Of a DNA stretch of 64,000 bases, positions 48,131 through 56,207 are shown one piece after another; position 1 is the first letter of the stretch, and each line of letters begins with the position of its first letter. The stretch is from a virus. Its lineage: Duplodnaviria; Heunggongvirae; Uroviricota; Caudoviricetes. The notes beneath the pieces are model-generated. The model was given only the letters and a program-made list of their open reading frames with translations. It searched no databases and was not told where the DNA came from. Position numbers and translations under genes: made by a program. The stretch covers positions 10,516-74,515 of the IMG/VR virus record IMGVR_UViG_2843020057_000001; one strand, given 5' to 3'.

Positions 48131-48420
48131 TTAATAAAAGGTGGATTTTATTGAAAGATTGGTTAAAGAACAACAAGTATAAAATTATCATTTTACCTGC
48201 GGTTTTATTAGTTGGAATCTTTATTGGTACTTGCACTAATAAGACAGTATATGCAGATGAAGACTCACCATTAAAGTCAATTGGTGGTTGGGCGTTTATT
48301 TACCGTTCAGGACTAGCTGTAGATAAAGAAACCCATGTTCAATACATTGTAGTAAAGAATGGTGATGGTATCTCTGTTACTCCACGGTTAAACGCAAATG
48401 GAAAGCCAATGACAAAATAA
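48121..48420 (+). CDS. Membrane-anchored DUF6440-like protein
   Basis: TM helix, then VDKETHVQYIV...G.SVTPRLNANGKP; real start probably a later TTG. Confidence 0.6.
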   Translation: MDLVNKRWILLKDWLKNNKYKIIILPAVLLVGIFIGTCTNKTVYADEDSPLKSIGGWAFIYRSGLAVDKETHVQYIVVKNGDGISVTPRLNANGKPMTK

Positions 48421-48441
48421 ATTTTAAGGGGAATTAATTAT

Positions 48442-48585
48442 ATGACAGGATTGAAAGCACAAATTAAGAAGTATTTACGTAGTAACGGAATCAACATGAT
48501 TACTAATGAACAAGGTCGTTCAATTCGTTTAGGTAATGCTAAGACGCAAGACTTACTCAAGGTAGCAGTAAAGCATGGTTTCTAA
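48442..48585 (+). CDS. 47-aa basic hypothetical protein
   Basis: AAGGGG RBS; MTGLKAQIKKYLRSNGIN...KHGF*; absent from the ORF track. Confidence 0.6.
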   Translation: MTGLKAQIKKYLRSNGINMITNEQGRSIRLGNAKTQDLLKVAVKHGF

Positions 48586-48859
48586 AACTTTAACTAGAGA
48601 GAAGAAAATTAAAAATATTCATACATTAACAGCAACAAATTGTCCTTATTGTCATAAGTCAGATCCAATTTATACCTTTACAGATAATTGGAATTCGACA
48701 CTCGCTACAAAGCATATTGTGTTGAGTCACTCTTGTATAAATGAGGAAGATGATATTTTTGAAATTTGTCCCGATTATGGGAATAAGGTCGGTGTACTTG
48801 TAGAATTTAATTTTTGCCCTATGTGTGGAAGAGATTTGAAGGGGTGGAAGAATGACTAA
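48575..48859 (+). CDS. Small zinc-ribbon protein
   Basis: CPYCH...CPMCGRDL; start uncertain. Confidence 0.6.
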   Translation: MVSKTLTREKKIKNIHTLTATNCPYCHKSDPIYTFTDNWNSTLATKHIVLSHSCINEEDDIFEICPDYGNKVGVLVEFNFCPMCGRDLKGWKND

Positions 48860-49130
48860 CGAAGAATTTATTGCAGTAGCAAAGGCGAAAGTCTTTGAGA
48901 ACTATAGGGATAGAATCATAGCTAATTTTGAGACATTTCCTCACTCAGTAAAAATTTTTGTTACATGGTATTCAAAGGTATTACAAAATCACAAAGCATT
49001 ATTAGGTGTTTCTGATCCAAATGATCAACATTATTACGAGATCACATACAACGGCGATAAGGGTGAATTGTACCTAGACGTATACAACAAAGAAGAGAAT
49101 GTTTGCATCAAGGTAAATGAGAATGAATAA
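48852..49130 (+). CDS. DUF6275-like phage protein
   Basis: V.W.SKVLQNHKALL...YYEITYNGDK.ELYLDVY pattern. Confidence 0.7.
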   Translation: MTNEEFIAVAKAKVFENYRDRIIANFETFPHSVKIFVTWYSKVLQNHKALLGVSDPNDQHYYEITYNGDKGELYLDVYNKEENVCIKVNENE

Positions 49131-49329
49131 ATGGGAAATATTCATGCAAGGATTTTTCTCAGCGTTTAATTCTTATGCGTTATTTATATCTGTATTTGGC
49201 GATTATAGAGTAAAGCTTATCACTGGAGCTGAGTGGGTATTATCTGAACATCCTGGTTGGAAATTTGCTCTAGTATCACTTTTCTTGGTTGGATTAGTTT
49301 GTTCAATTTACAGTGTATGGAAAGGGTAG
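49117..49329 (+). CDS. Small membrane protein
   Basis: Two hydrophobic segments; coupled to neighbours. Confidence 0.55.
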   Translation: MRMNKWEIFMQGFFSAFNSYALFISVFGDYRVKLITGAEWVLSEHPGWKFALVSLFLVGLVCSIYSVWKG

Positions 49330-49339
49330 GAAAGACTGA

Positions 49340-49711
49340 ATGAGTAAAGAAAAATGTCCATACTGTCACTATAACCAGCGAAGGGATACTTATTCTATCT
49401 ATAGCGACGTTGATGGGAAGATAAAAGTATACCCAGATGGATCAATCGAGTGTAGCTACGACGACGATGGTATGCCATCTATGATGGGTGGCGATACAGG
49501 AACAATCCATTACTGTCCAATGTGTGGCCGTCGCTTAGATGGAAAAGAGAGCGTAGATTGGAACGATCTATTAGTAAAGATTGGATTCACATTATCATTG
49601 CTCATAATTCCTATTAGCATAACTTTAGCAGTTACGGTTAGTCCAAACTTCTTATGTGGAGTTATGTTGGGTATTATTTTGCCAGTCATTTCTATTGTTT
49701 GGGTGGATTAG
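49340..49711 (+). CDS. Zinc-ribbon protein with two C-terminal TM helices
   Basis: CPYCH...CPMCGRRL, then a hydrophobic tail. Confidence 0.6.
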   Translation: MSKEKCPYCHYNQRRDTYSIYSDVDGKIKVYPDGSIECSYDDDGMPSMMGGDTGTIHYCPMCGRRLDGKESVDWNDLLVKIGFTLSLLIIPISITLAVTVSPNFLCGVMLGIILPVISIVWVD

Positions 49712-49726
49712 GAGGTTAATAAAATA

Positions 49727-49894
49727 ATGATTTTATCATTCTTAATAACAGTAGGATTCTTTCTATTTACAGTTTTTCTAGCGTGCGCCATGTCTTCAGA
49801 TATTCCATGGCTAGAAATTCCAGCGGGGATTTTTATATTAGTGATGGTGTTTGGGGCATTGTGGTGGGCTGTTTACACGAGCTTCATAGAATAA
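49727..49894 (+). CDS. 55-aa two-TM membrane protein
   Basis: GGAGG RBS; MILSFLITVGFFLFTVFLACAM...; absent from the ORF track. Confidence 0.6.
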   Translation: MILSFLITVGFFLFTVFLACAMSSDIPWLEIPAGIFILVMVFGALWWAVYTSFIE

Positions 49895-49909
49895 CGAAAG
49901 GTTGATTTA

Positions 49910-50314
49910 ATGGCAGAAAATAAAATTAATAAATTACGAAAGAAATTAAAGAAAACAATTAAAAAATTTAATGAAAGTCAATGTAAGTATGTAGCCGTTG
50001 GTAAACACGCAGACAATACAGATATTGTAATGATTATAGATAGTTGGGGCGCAGATTCTCTACGGCATATCTTAACTATTCGTCCTGGTGGGATTTATTC
50101 TACAGATAGATCAACATTTAAGATTAATGACAACTTGTTAGAATTTATGACAAATTCCTATGAGTTGGTTAAAAAATTAAACGATACTGAAATCCACAGT
50201 GCTAATGTCCCAGACTTGGATGCAAATGACATTCCAACAATTAAAAACCCATTTGGGAACATTGACTCAATTACACAAGGCATTCAAGGGTTTAAGCCTA
50301 AGGTAGAGTTATAA
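49910..50314 (+). CDS. Hypothetical protein
   Basis: AAAGG RBS; 134-aa ORF. Confidence 0.6.
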   Translation: MAENKINKLRKKLKKTIKKFNESQCKYVAVGKHADNTDIVMIIDSWGADSLRHILTIRPGGIYSTDRSTFKINDNLLEFMTNSYELVKKLNDTEIHSANVPDLDANDIPTIKNPFGNIDSITQGIQGFKPKVEL

Positions 50315-50328
50315 GGAGGAACATCAAT

Positions 50329-51480
50329 TTGGCAACAAACAAGCAGTTTAATTATCCAGACAAAGAAATATATGAATTTGTACAAAAAGAATTACGTAAA
50401 CGTGGTATCACAGCATATTCGATTGGCGAAATTGCATACGAAATGCAACATGAATATTTACCAGATTATGAAATTAGTGATTTCGCCGAACAGTTTAACG
50501 AAGTTCTAAAGAAACGAGAAGTACTAAACCTTCTTGCGTTCGCCTTTGAATTGGACAATCTTGCTAATAAAGGCGCATTTAGTGAACCAATTCAAAATAT
50601 TATTGAAAATGATGCTGGCTTCTGGCAGATTGATGAAATTTTAGCTTCATCCTTGGCACAATTATTCGGCATGCTTGCGATTACGAATTACGGATACCTT
50701 GACAAAAATAAAGTAGGAATTGCAAGACGACTTGATGAGGAGGACAGTATTACTGTATTTTCAGACGATATTGTTTCTGCTCTTGCTTCGGCAGTAATTG
50801 GCCGCTGTGGTCATGGTTCTAAGCTGGAGCTTGATGATAAGACTGTAGAAGAACCTGTTAATAACAAATTCAGTGAGCTTAAATTCGTGGTAAACGGTAA
50901 AGAAGTTAGACCCCAAGGCGATCTACGTTATTTTGCAAAGCCTATTAAGAGTGATCACAAATTCCCTAATTGGGATCTAAATAATTTTGCAAATGATTTA
51001 GGAAAAACAATTAATGAATCGCGTGAACTCGCAGATAGATTAGAAGAAGAATTTAATCATGATTATTATGTTAACTTGAAAGTAGGCATGGATGAAGAGT
51101 TTGCTTGGCAACTAGCTATTGACCTATTAGATAATCAAATGGAATTAGTCGATGTAATTTTCGTCGATTTGGAATACTTCCTTGATTACGTATATCTCGA
51201 AGTTGATCCGCCTAGTGAGTTTGTTGATACAGCGCAAATGATTGCTCAATTCGTATTTGAACACGATCTTTATCCATATCCAGAGGACAGTAACGATTTA
51301 GAAGAAGCAGATGACGAAGACGATGAACTCGATATGAGTGAAATGACCAAGGCACTTGCTGCAATTACCCCATTATTCATGGAACACTTCAACTCATTGA
51401 TAAAGTCTGGATCACTAGACAGTCTAATTGATATATTGAGTGACAAAGAAGATAATCGAAAGGATGATGCTAATGAATAA
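50329..51480 (+). CDS. pgpA: Phosphatidylglycerophosphatase A (YutG-like) fused to an acidic C-terminal domain
   Basis: L..RGIT...I.E...Q; KREV; IDEIL; TNYGYLDK.K.GI; DDIV.ALASA in the first ~165 aa. Confidence 0.75.
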   Translation: MATNKQFNYPDKEIYEFVQKELRKRGITAYSIGEIAYEMQHEYLPDYEISDFAEQFNEVLKKREVLNLLAFAFELDNLANKGAFSEPIQNIIENDAGFWQIDEILASSLAQLFGMLAITNYGYLDKNKVGIARRLDEEDSITVFSDDIVSALASAVIGRCGHGSKLELDDKTVEEPVNNKFSELKFVVNGKEVRPQGDLRYFAKPIKSDHKFPNWDLNNFANDLGKTINESRELADRLEEEFNHDYYVNLKVGMDEEFAWQLAIDLLDNQMELVDVIFVDLEYFLDYVYLEVDPPSEFVDTAQMIAQFVFEHDLYPYPEDSNDLEEADDEDDELDMSEMTKALAAITPLFMEHFNSLIKSGSLDSLIDILSDKEDNRKDDANE

Positions 51481-51835
51481 CGAAACACAAGAAAACATTG
51501 ATATGAAATTGAGCCCAGATAATATTTACGGCTACATTTTTACAACCCAGGGCTATTCAGAAGATCAAGACGACAAACGTAAGAAACCGTTATTCTTCTG
51601 GAAAGGATTCCATATGTATCCACTTGTTGTGCAAAATCCAGAAGACTATGATTTTGAAGATCCAGATTTTGATGCAACGGAATTGGAATTCTTGGTTTGT
51701 ACAGAAGGTGGAGACCAAGATAACTATGAGTATGTTGAAATGAATGCAACAGAACTGCGTGATTTCTTGCGTGCGCATCCAGCATTCCGCATGTTCCCAG
51801 CAGCAGACTTATTTGAAGAATTACACGTGATTTAA
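51473..51835 (+). CDS. Hypothetical acidic protein
   Basis: ATG after AAAGGA within ORF 51440..51835. Confidence 0.55.
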   Translation: MNNETQENIDMKLSPDNIYGYIFTTQGYSEDQDDKRKKPLFFWKGFHMYPLVVQNPEDYDFEDPDFDATELEFLVCTEGGDQDNYEYVEMNATELRDFLRAHPAFRMFPAADLFEELHVI

Positions 51836-51837
51836 TT

Positions 51838-52462
51838 ATGGCACAATTATTTTTTAAGTATGGAGCTATGAATGCGAGGCAAATCATTGTCCTTGCTGAC
51901 TACAGCACACAATTACCAAGAACAAGATAAAGATGTTTTGATCATGACCAGCGCCATTGATGATCGCTATGGCGTTGGCAAGGTTTCTAGTCGAGTAGGA
52001 TTAAGTTGTGAAGCACAACCAATTAAACCAGAAGATAACGTAATTGAATTGATTACAAAGTTATTGAAGTTAGATACAGAAGGAAGAACTGTTTGGCCAC
52101 ACTGCATTTTAATCGACGAAGCTGAATTCTTAACTGCACAGCAAGTTGTTGATTTAGCTAATATTGTTGACACATATAATATTCCAATCATCTGTTATGG
52201 TTTACGAACCGATTTTCAATGTAACTTATTTGAAGGATCAAAAACATTGTTTGAAGTGGCCGACAAGTTAGAGGAAATCAAAACAGTATGCCAATGGTGT
52301 GACCATAAAGCAACAATGAATTTAAGAATGGTAGATGGCTCCCCGGTCTATGATGGCAACCAAATTCAAATTGGCGACCAGGAATATATTTCGGTTTGCC
52401 GCTACCACTACACAAATCCAGTAATTAAAGTAACTAAAAATAAAAAAGAAAAGGAAGTATGA
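51838..52462 (+). pseudogene. tdk: Thymidine kinase with a +1 frameshift in the P-loop
   Basis: MAQLFFKYGAMNA from 51838; GKSLSLL...ILIDEAEFL...YGLRTDF...C..C continues in another frame; one extra base at 51876-51877. Confidence 0.85.
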
Positions 52463-52466
52463 TACT

Positions 52467-53108
52467 ATTTTAAACACTAAGAATAACAACGGCGTAAAGA
52501 TTGCATTAACAGCTATGGGAGCATTAGCACTCGGTCTTGTAGCAACAGGAACAACAGCAAATGCCGACACAACTATTGACAGCAACCACGTGCAAGTAGA
52601 AGCGGGTGACACATTATCTGCCATCGCTCAAAAGCACGGAACGGACGTTGATACTCTTGTGCGTGATAATCATATTGCAAACAAACATTTAATTCACGTA
52701 GGAGATAAGTTGGTTGTTATGCCTGGTGTAAAGAACACCGATGTAAACGGGCAAGATACCGATAATCATGTAACGAACCCTGTAACTACACCAACTAGCG
52801 ACCAACAAAATACTACAACTAATAACACACCAGTTAATCAACAAACATCTGTAGCAAGTGGTGTATCAGGTATCTATGCCTCAGGTTCAGAGGCTGAGGC
52901 AAAGGCTTGGATTGCACAACGTGAATCTGGTGGTAGTTATACTGCTGCAAATTCGCGGTACTATGGTAAATTTCAGCTTGATGTCTCATACCTTAACGGA
53001 GATCTAAGCCCTGAAAATCAAGAAGCTACAGCTGATCGATATGTTGCGCAAAGATACGGTTCGTGGACTGCGGCCAAATTATTTTGGCAACAAAATTCAT
53101 TCTACTAG
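52467..53108 (+). CDS. Secreted LysM protein with an aggregation-promoting-factor (Apf)-like C-terminus
   Basis: Signal peptide ending ANA|D; LysM (VEAGDTLSAIA); AKAWIAQRESGGSY.A....YG..QL...YL...YGSW..A..FW; probable ATT start at 52467 (first ATG is 52515). Confidence 0.85.
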   Translation: MLNTKNNNGVKIALTAMGALALGLVATGTTANADTTIDSNHVQVEAGDTLSAIAQKHGTDVDTLVRDNHIANKHLIHVGDKLVVMPGVKNTDVNGQDTDNHVTNPVTTPTSDQQNTTTNNTPVNQQTSVASGVSGIYASGSEAEAKAWIAQRESGGSYTAANSRYYGKFQLDVSYLNGDLSPENQEATADRYVAQRYGSWTAAKLFWQQNSFY

Positions 53109-53171
53109 TGATTGGTGCTAAATTGAATTTCGTTGTACTTAATTGATTAAGTATGATATTATAATTGTGTA

Positions 53172-53309
53172 AACAAAAAGAGCTGCGCTACCAACACAGC
53201 TCTTTCAGTGTCATCGAGATTTATTAGCGGTGGCAAGTTACTAACGACATTATTTTAATAACGACGCAAGAAACACTGCCAGAGGCGATTTAGGCGGTGT
53301 TTTTCTTTT
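53172..53309 (+). ncRNA. Type I antitoxin RNA candidate (locus 1)
   Basis: TATAAT at 53160-53165; 5' hairpin 53177-53205; terminator 53271-53309; overlaps the 3' end of the minus-strand ORF. Confidence 0.6.
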
Positions 53310-53524
53310 GCATCATTATTGATTTTCGCATCACCTGGTGGGGACTTACAAGTGAGTACGAATCTCTTGAACGCTCTGACAACGTTACTTCCCGCATTAA
53401 TGCACTGAGTAACGGCATGGAGTAAATAGCTGAAAGCTATAACTATCAAAGTTAAGCCCAGAATAACCCCAATTGTCCAAGCGGCCCAAGGGCAACTTGA
53501 TTGCAAAAGTCCAATTAAGGACAA
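53255..53524 (-). CDS. Type I toxin candidate: one TM helix and a basic tail
   Basis: TG-a-TATAAT promoter at 53647-53639; AAGAAAGGAG SD (13-nt spacing); TM WTIGVILGLTLIVIAFSYLL; terminator at 53205-53171 on the minus strand. Confidence 0.55.
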   Translation of the reverse strand: MSLIGLLQSSCPWAAWTIGVILGLTLIVIAFSYLLHAVTQCINAGSNVVRAFKRFVLTCKSPPGDAKINNDAKEKHRLNRLWQCFLRRY

Positions 53525-53839
53525 ACTTTACGGCGCACTCCTTTCTTACAGTTAGAGGGCACCATAAACTTACGCTCATAGTGATCACCAACCTTCCATG
53601 GATTCGCGCCACCGCCATTAAATCTTTTTGACTGTTTCATTATATCATAGGTTTATAATAAAACAGTTAGGCTATAGAATAATACTGCCACAGCATTCAA
53701 AATAACCCTTGACAAATTTTGGCCCCACTAATTTACAAATGTGATACAACAACATTAAGGAAATCCAAATATGGATTCTTACCTTCCTAAGATGGCTCCA
53801 CTTTATGTGGGGCTTTTTCTTTTGCTTATTTTTAGTAAA

Positions 53840-53868
53840 GAAGTGTTATTTGTTCGTAATAACACTTC
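53840..53868. other. Perfect 11-7-11 inverted repeat; candidate tyrosine-recombinase core site
   Basis: GAAGTGTTATT-tgttcgt-AATAACACTTC, 95 bp upstream of the recombinase start. Confidence 0.6.
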
Positions 53869-53963
53869 CTAATTATCGCTATTTTAGCACCTATTTTTAT
53901 GATAAAATAAAGAGGTGTTATAATTCTATATATCAAAAAATAACACTAGTATTAGGTGGTTTT

Positions 53964-54557
53964 ATGAAACAGTTAGTCTTGCCTATAAAAGACTCTTATG
54001 TGTTATCTGAAGTACAAGATACGTTATTAAATAACTTTAAAGCTGGTCTTAGAAATTACACTATTTTCCAAGTCGGAAAGGCAACCTTACTTCGAGTAAG
54101 TGACGTACTCAGATTGAAACAGGAAGATGTCTATGATAAATATGGTGAGGTAAAAAGAAACGCATTTATTAAAGATAAGAAAACGGGCAAGCAAAATACA
54201 TTGTATTTAAAACCTGTTCGTGAGGATTTAGAGAATTATAAAAAATGGTTAGAAGAAAATAATTATTATCAAACTACGCCCTGGCTATTTCCATCAACTA
54301 CCAGACCAAATAAACACATCGATGAAAGAAGATATTATACGATTATGCATAAAGTTGGAGATCTCTTGGATATTCCATATCTGGGAACACACACCATGAG
54401 AAAGACTGGAGCATATCGAGTTTACGTACAGAGTAATTATAATATCGGATTAGTTATGTCATTACTCAACCATTCATCAGAAGAAATGACTTTGAGATAT
54501 TTGGGGCTGGATCAAGTGTCTCGAGAAAAGCTGTTAGATAAGATTAATTTTGGATAG
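53964..54557 (+). CDS. Short (197-aa) tyrosine recombinase, plasmid resolvase type
   Basis: ATG after AGGTGG; LLRVSDVL (R), KDKKTGK (K), GTHTMRKT (HxxR), LNHSS (H), LRYLG (Y); no N-terminal binding domain. Confidence 0.88.
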   Translation: MKQLVLPIKDSYVLSEVQDTLLNNFKAGLRNYTIFQVGKATLLRVSDVLRLKQEDVYDKYGEVKRNAFIKDKKTGKQNTLYLKPVREDLENYKKWLEENNYYQTTPWLFPSTTRPNKHIDERRYYTIMHKVGDLLDIPYLGTHTMRKTGAYRVYVQSNYNIGLVMSLLNHSSEEMTLRYLGLDQVSREKLLDKINFG

Positions 54558-54567
54558 AGGTTAGAAC

Positions 54568-54822
54568 ATGTTATCAGCAAGTATATTAGAATGGATTACC
54601 GCAGGACTTATTTGGGTTGAAGTTGCTGTGATTTTAGGATTAGCCAATCATCAAACTGCACGATTTGCTAGAGCACAAATGCCCTTAGGAGTTGTAATCA
54701 TCGCACTCATCTGTTCCCAGTTATTAATTATTGGAGTCACCTTTATGAAGATGTTTGTTCTAATCGGACAGTTAATATTACTACCAACTTTCTGGCAAGC
54801 ATTAAAAGAGTTCGAAAAATAG
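54568..54822 (+). CDS. Small multi-TM membrane protein
   Basis: AGAGG RBS; 84 aa, mostly hydrophobic. Confidence 0.6.
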   Translation: MLSASILEWITAGLIWVEVAVILGLANHQTARFARAQMPLGVVIIALICSQLLIIGVTFMKMFVLIGQLILLPTFWQALKEFEK

Positions 54823-55081
54823 CACTATATAATAGGTAGAAACTCGTTCAAAAATCATGGATATGAAATTCAATTAACCAAAGTATTAGTTTTTATTCCC
54901 TCTCAGGCAAAATTTAAATCTAGTTAACGTATAGTTGATCATTTAATTTGCACTGAGAGGGAATAATTATCAGTACATTGTATTCATAATTAAATTTTAG
55001 TAGAATGGACTTATGTGAAAGACCCCTCCGATGTCTTTTGCAATTACTAGAAAGTTTTCCACTGACTTTCTAGCACCCCGT

Positions 55082-55112
55082 AGACATTACTAAAATTAGT
55101 AATGTCTTTTTT
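55082..55112 (+). terminator. Intrinsic terminator
   Basis: AGACATTACTAA-AA-TTAGTAATGTCT followed by a T run. Confidence 0.7.
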
Positions 55113-55125
55113 ATTATTCTATTTA

Positions 55126-55139
55126 CGAACATATGTACG
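55126..55139. promoter_or_regulatory. Probable LexA (SOS) box
   Basis: CGAAC-ATAT-GTACG, one mismatch to the Firmicutes consensus CGAAC-N4-GTTCG, adjacent to a CATAAT -10. Confidence 0.55.
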
Positions 55140-55195
55140 CATAATGTACTGAATATACAAACTAACGTTCGATTAAATGTTAAAGGGTGACTATT

Positions 55196-55633
55196 ATGAG
55201 CAAAAAGATATACCGTGTTTTAGATGAAAACTCCGGCGCATATATTAGTAAGGTTGCTGGTTTCTTAAGATCAGAAGAATACAACAAAGTTGATTCTGCC
55301 TATGTTTATAACAAGCAACAAGCAACTCAAATTGTTAGATTGATGAACGAAACAAGAGATAAAATGCTAAATGGTGATAGCGACATACCAGAAAAGCTTG
55401 AAGAAAGTCTTCGAAATCAAACTCTTGCTATTATAGAAATAGAGCTAGAAGATGTAAAATTATCATTAGAAGAGATAGCTATGGCTTTAGAATCAGCAAA
55501 AGCAAAGAATATTTCTAAAGAACAAGCATTTAGAAATGCACAATGGGAACGTATTCGTCGTTACCATGACTATTTTGATTATGACAACAGTACACCAAGC
55601 CATAAGTATATTTATATGCACGATTTCTTTTAG
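55196..55633 (+). CDS. Hypothetical protein, probably SOS-inducible
   Basis: ATG after AAAGGGTG within ORF 55187..55633. Confidence 0.6.
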   Translation: MSKKIYRVLDENSGAYISKVAGFLRSEEYNKVDSAYVYNKQQATQIVRLMNETRDKMLNGDSDIPEKLEESLRNQTLAIIEIELEDVKLSLEEIAMALESAKAKNISKEQAFRNAQWERIRRYHDYFDYDNSTPSHKYIYMHDFF

Positions 55634-55647
55634 GGAGATGTTTACAA

Positions 55648-56037
55648 TTGAAAGGACCAATTCTAAATCCTACTAAAAAATTATTACGAAGAGCCAATAA
55701 AAAAATAGAGGAAATATATAATCCACGAAAGAAACAAGCTTTATTCGTGTTCACCACTAACCTTGATGGGTATCATCTTACCTATAAAATGAGTTTAGAC
55801 ACTTTCGCTGCCTTGGGTACAGCGATTTCGTACACCATAATAAGCGAAATTCCCGCTAAAGATATCGATAGTAAAGAATATATCCTATTTCTCTTTTCTA
55901 TTTATAATAAATGGAACAAGTTACCCATGGTTTTTAGAGGCTATACGCCAGAACAGGTTAAATGGTTTATGAAAAAATTTGGAAATAGAATATACAATGA
56001 AAAATCTACAGTAGATTGGTGGAAAAACACTTATTAA
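55648..56037 (+). CDS. Hypothetical protein
   Basis: AGGGAG RBS; TTG start; 129 aa. Confidence 0.55.
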   Translation: MKGPILNPTKKLLRRANKKIEEIYNPRKKQALFVFTTNLDGYHLTYKMSLDTFAALGTAISYTIISEIPAKDIDSKEYILFLFSIYNKWNKLPMVFRGYTPEQVKWFMKKFGNRIYNEKSTVDWWKNTY

Positions 56038-56207
56038 CTACTATATAATAGAGAAAGTTGCTATTATTATTGTAACTGAATTATTCATTTTCTTTGAAGT
56101 CCAGGATACTCCCAAGTCCTGGTCTTTTTTTTATAAATATTGATATTGTTGAGGTATACCAACAAGCCTTATAATTAAAAAGTAATATGCGTTAAGGAGC
56201 GGTATCA

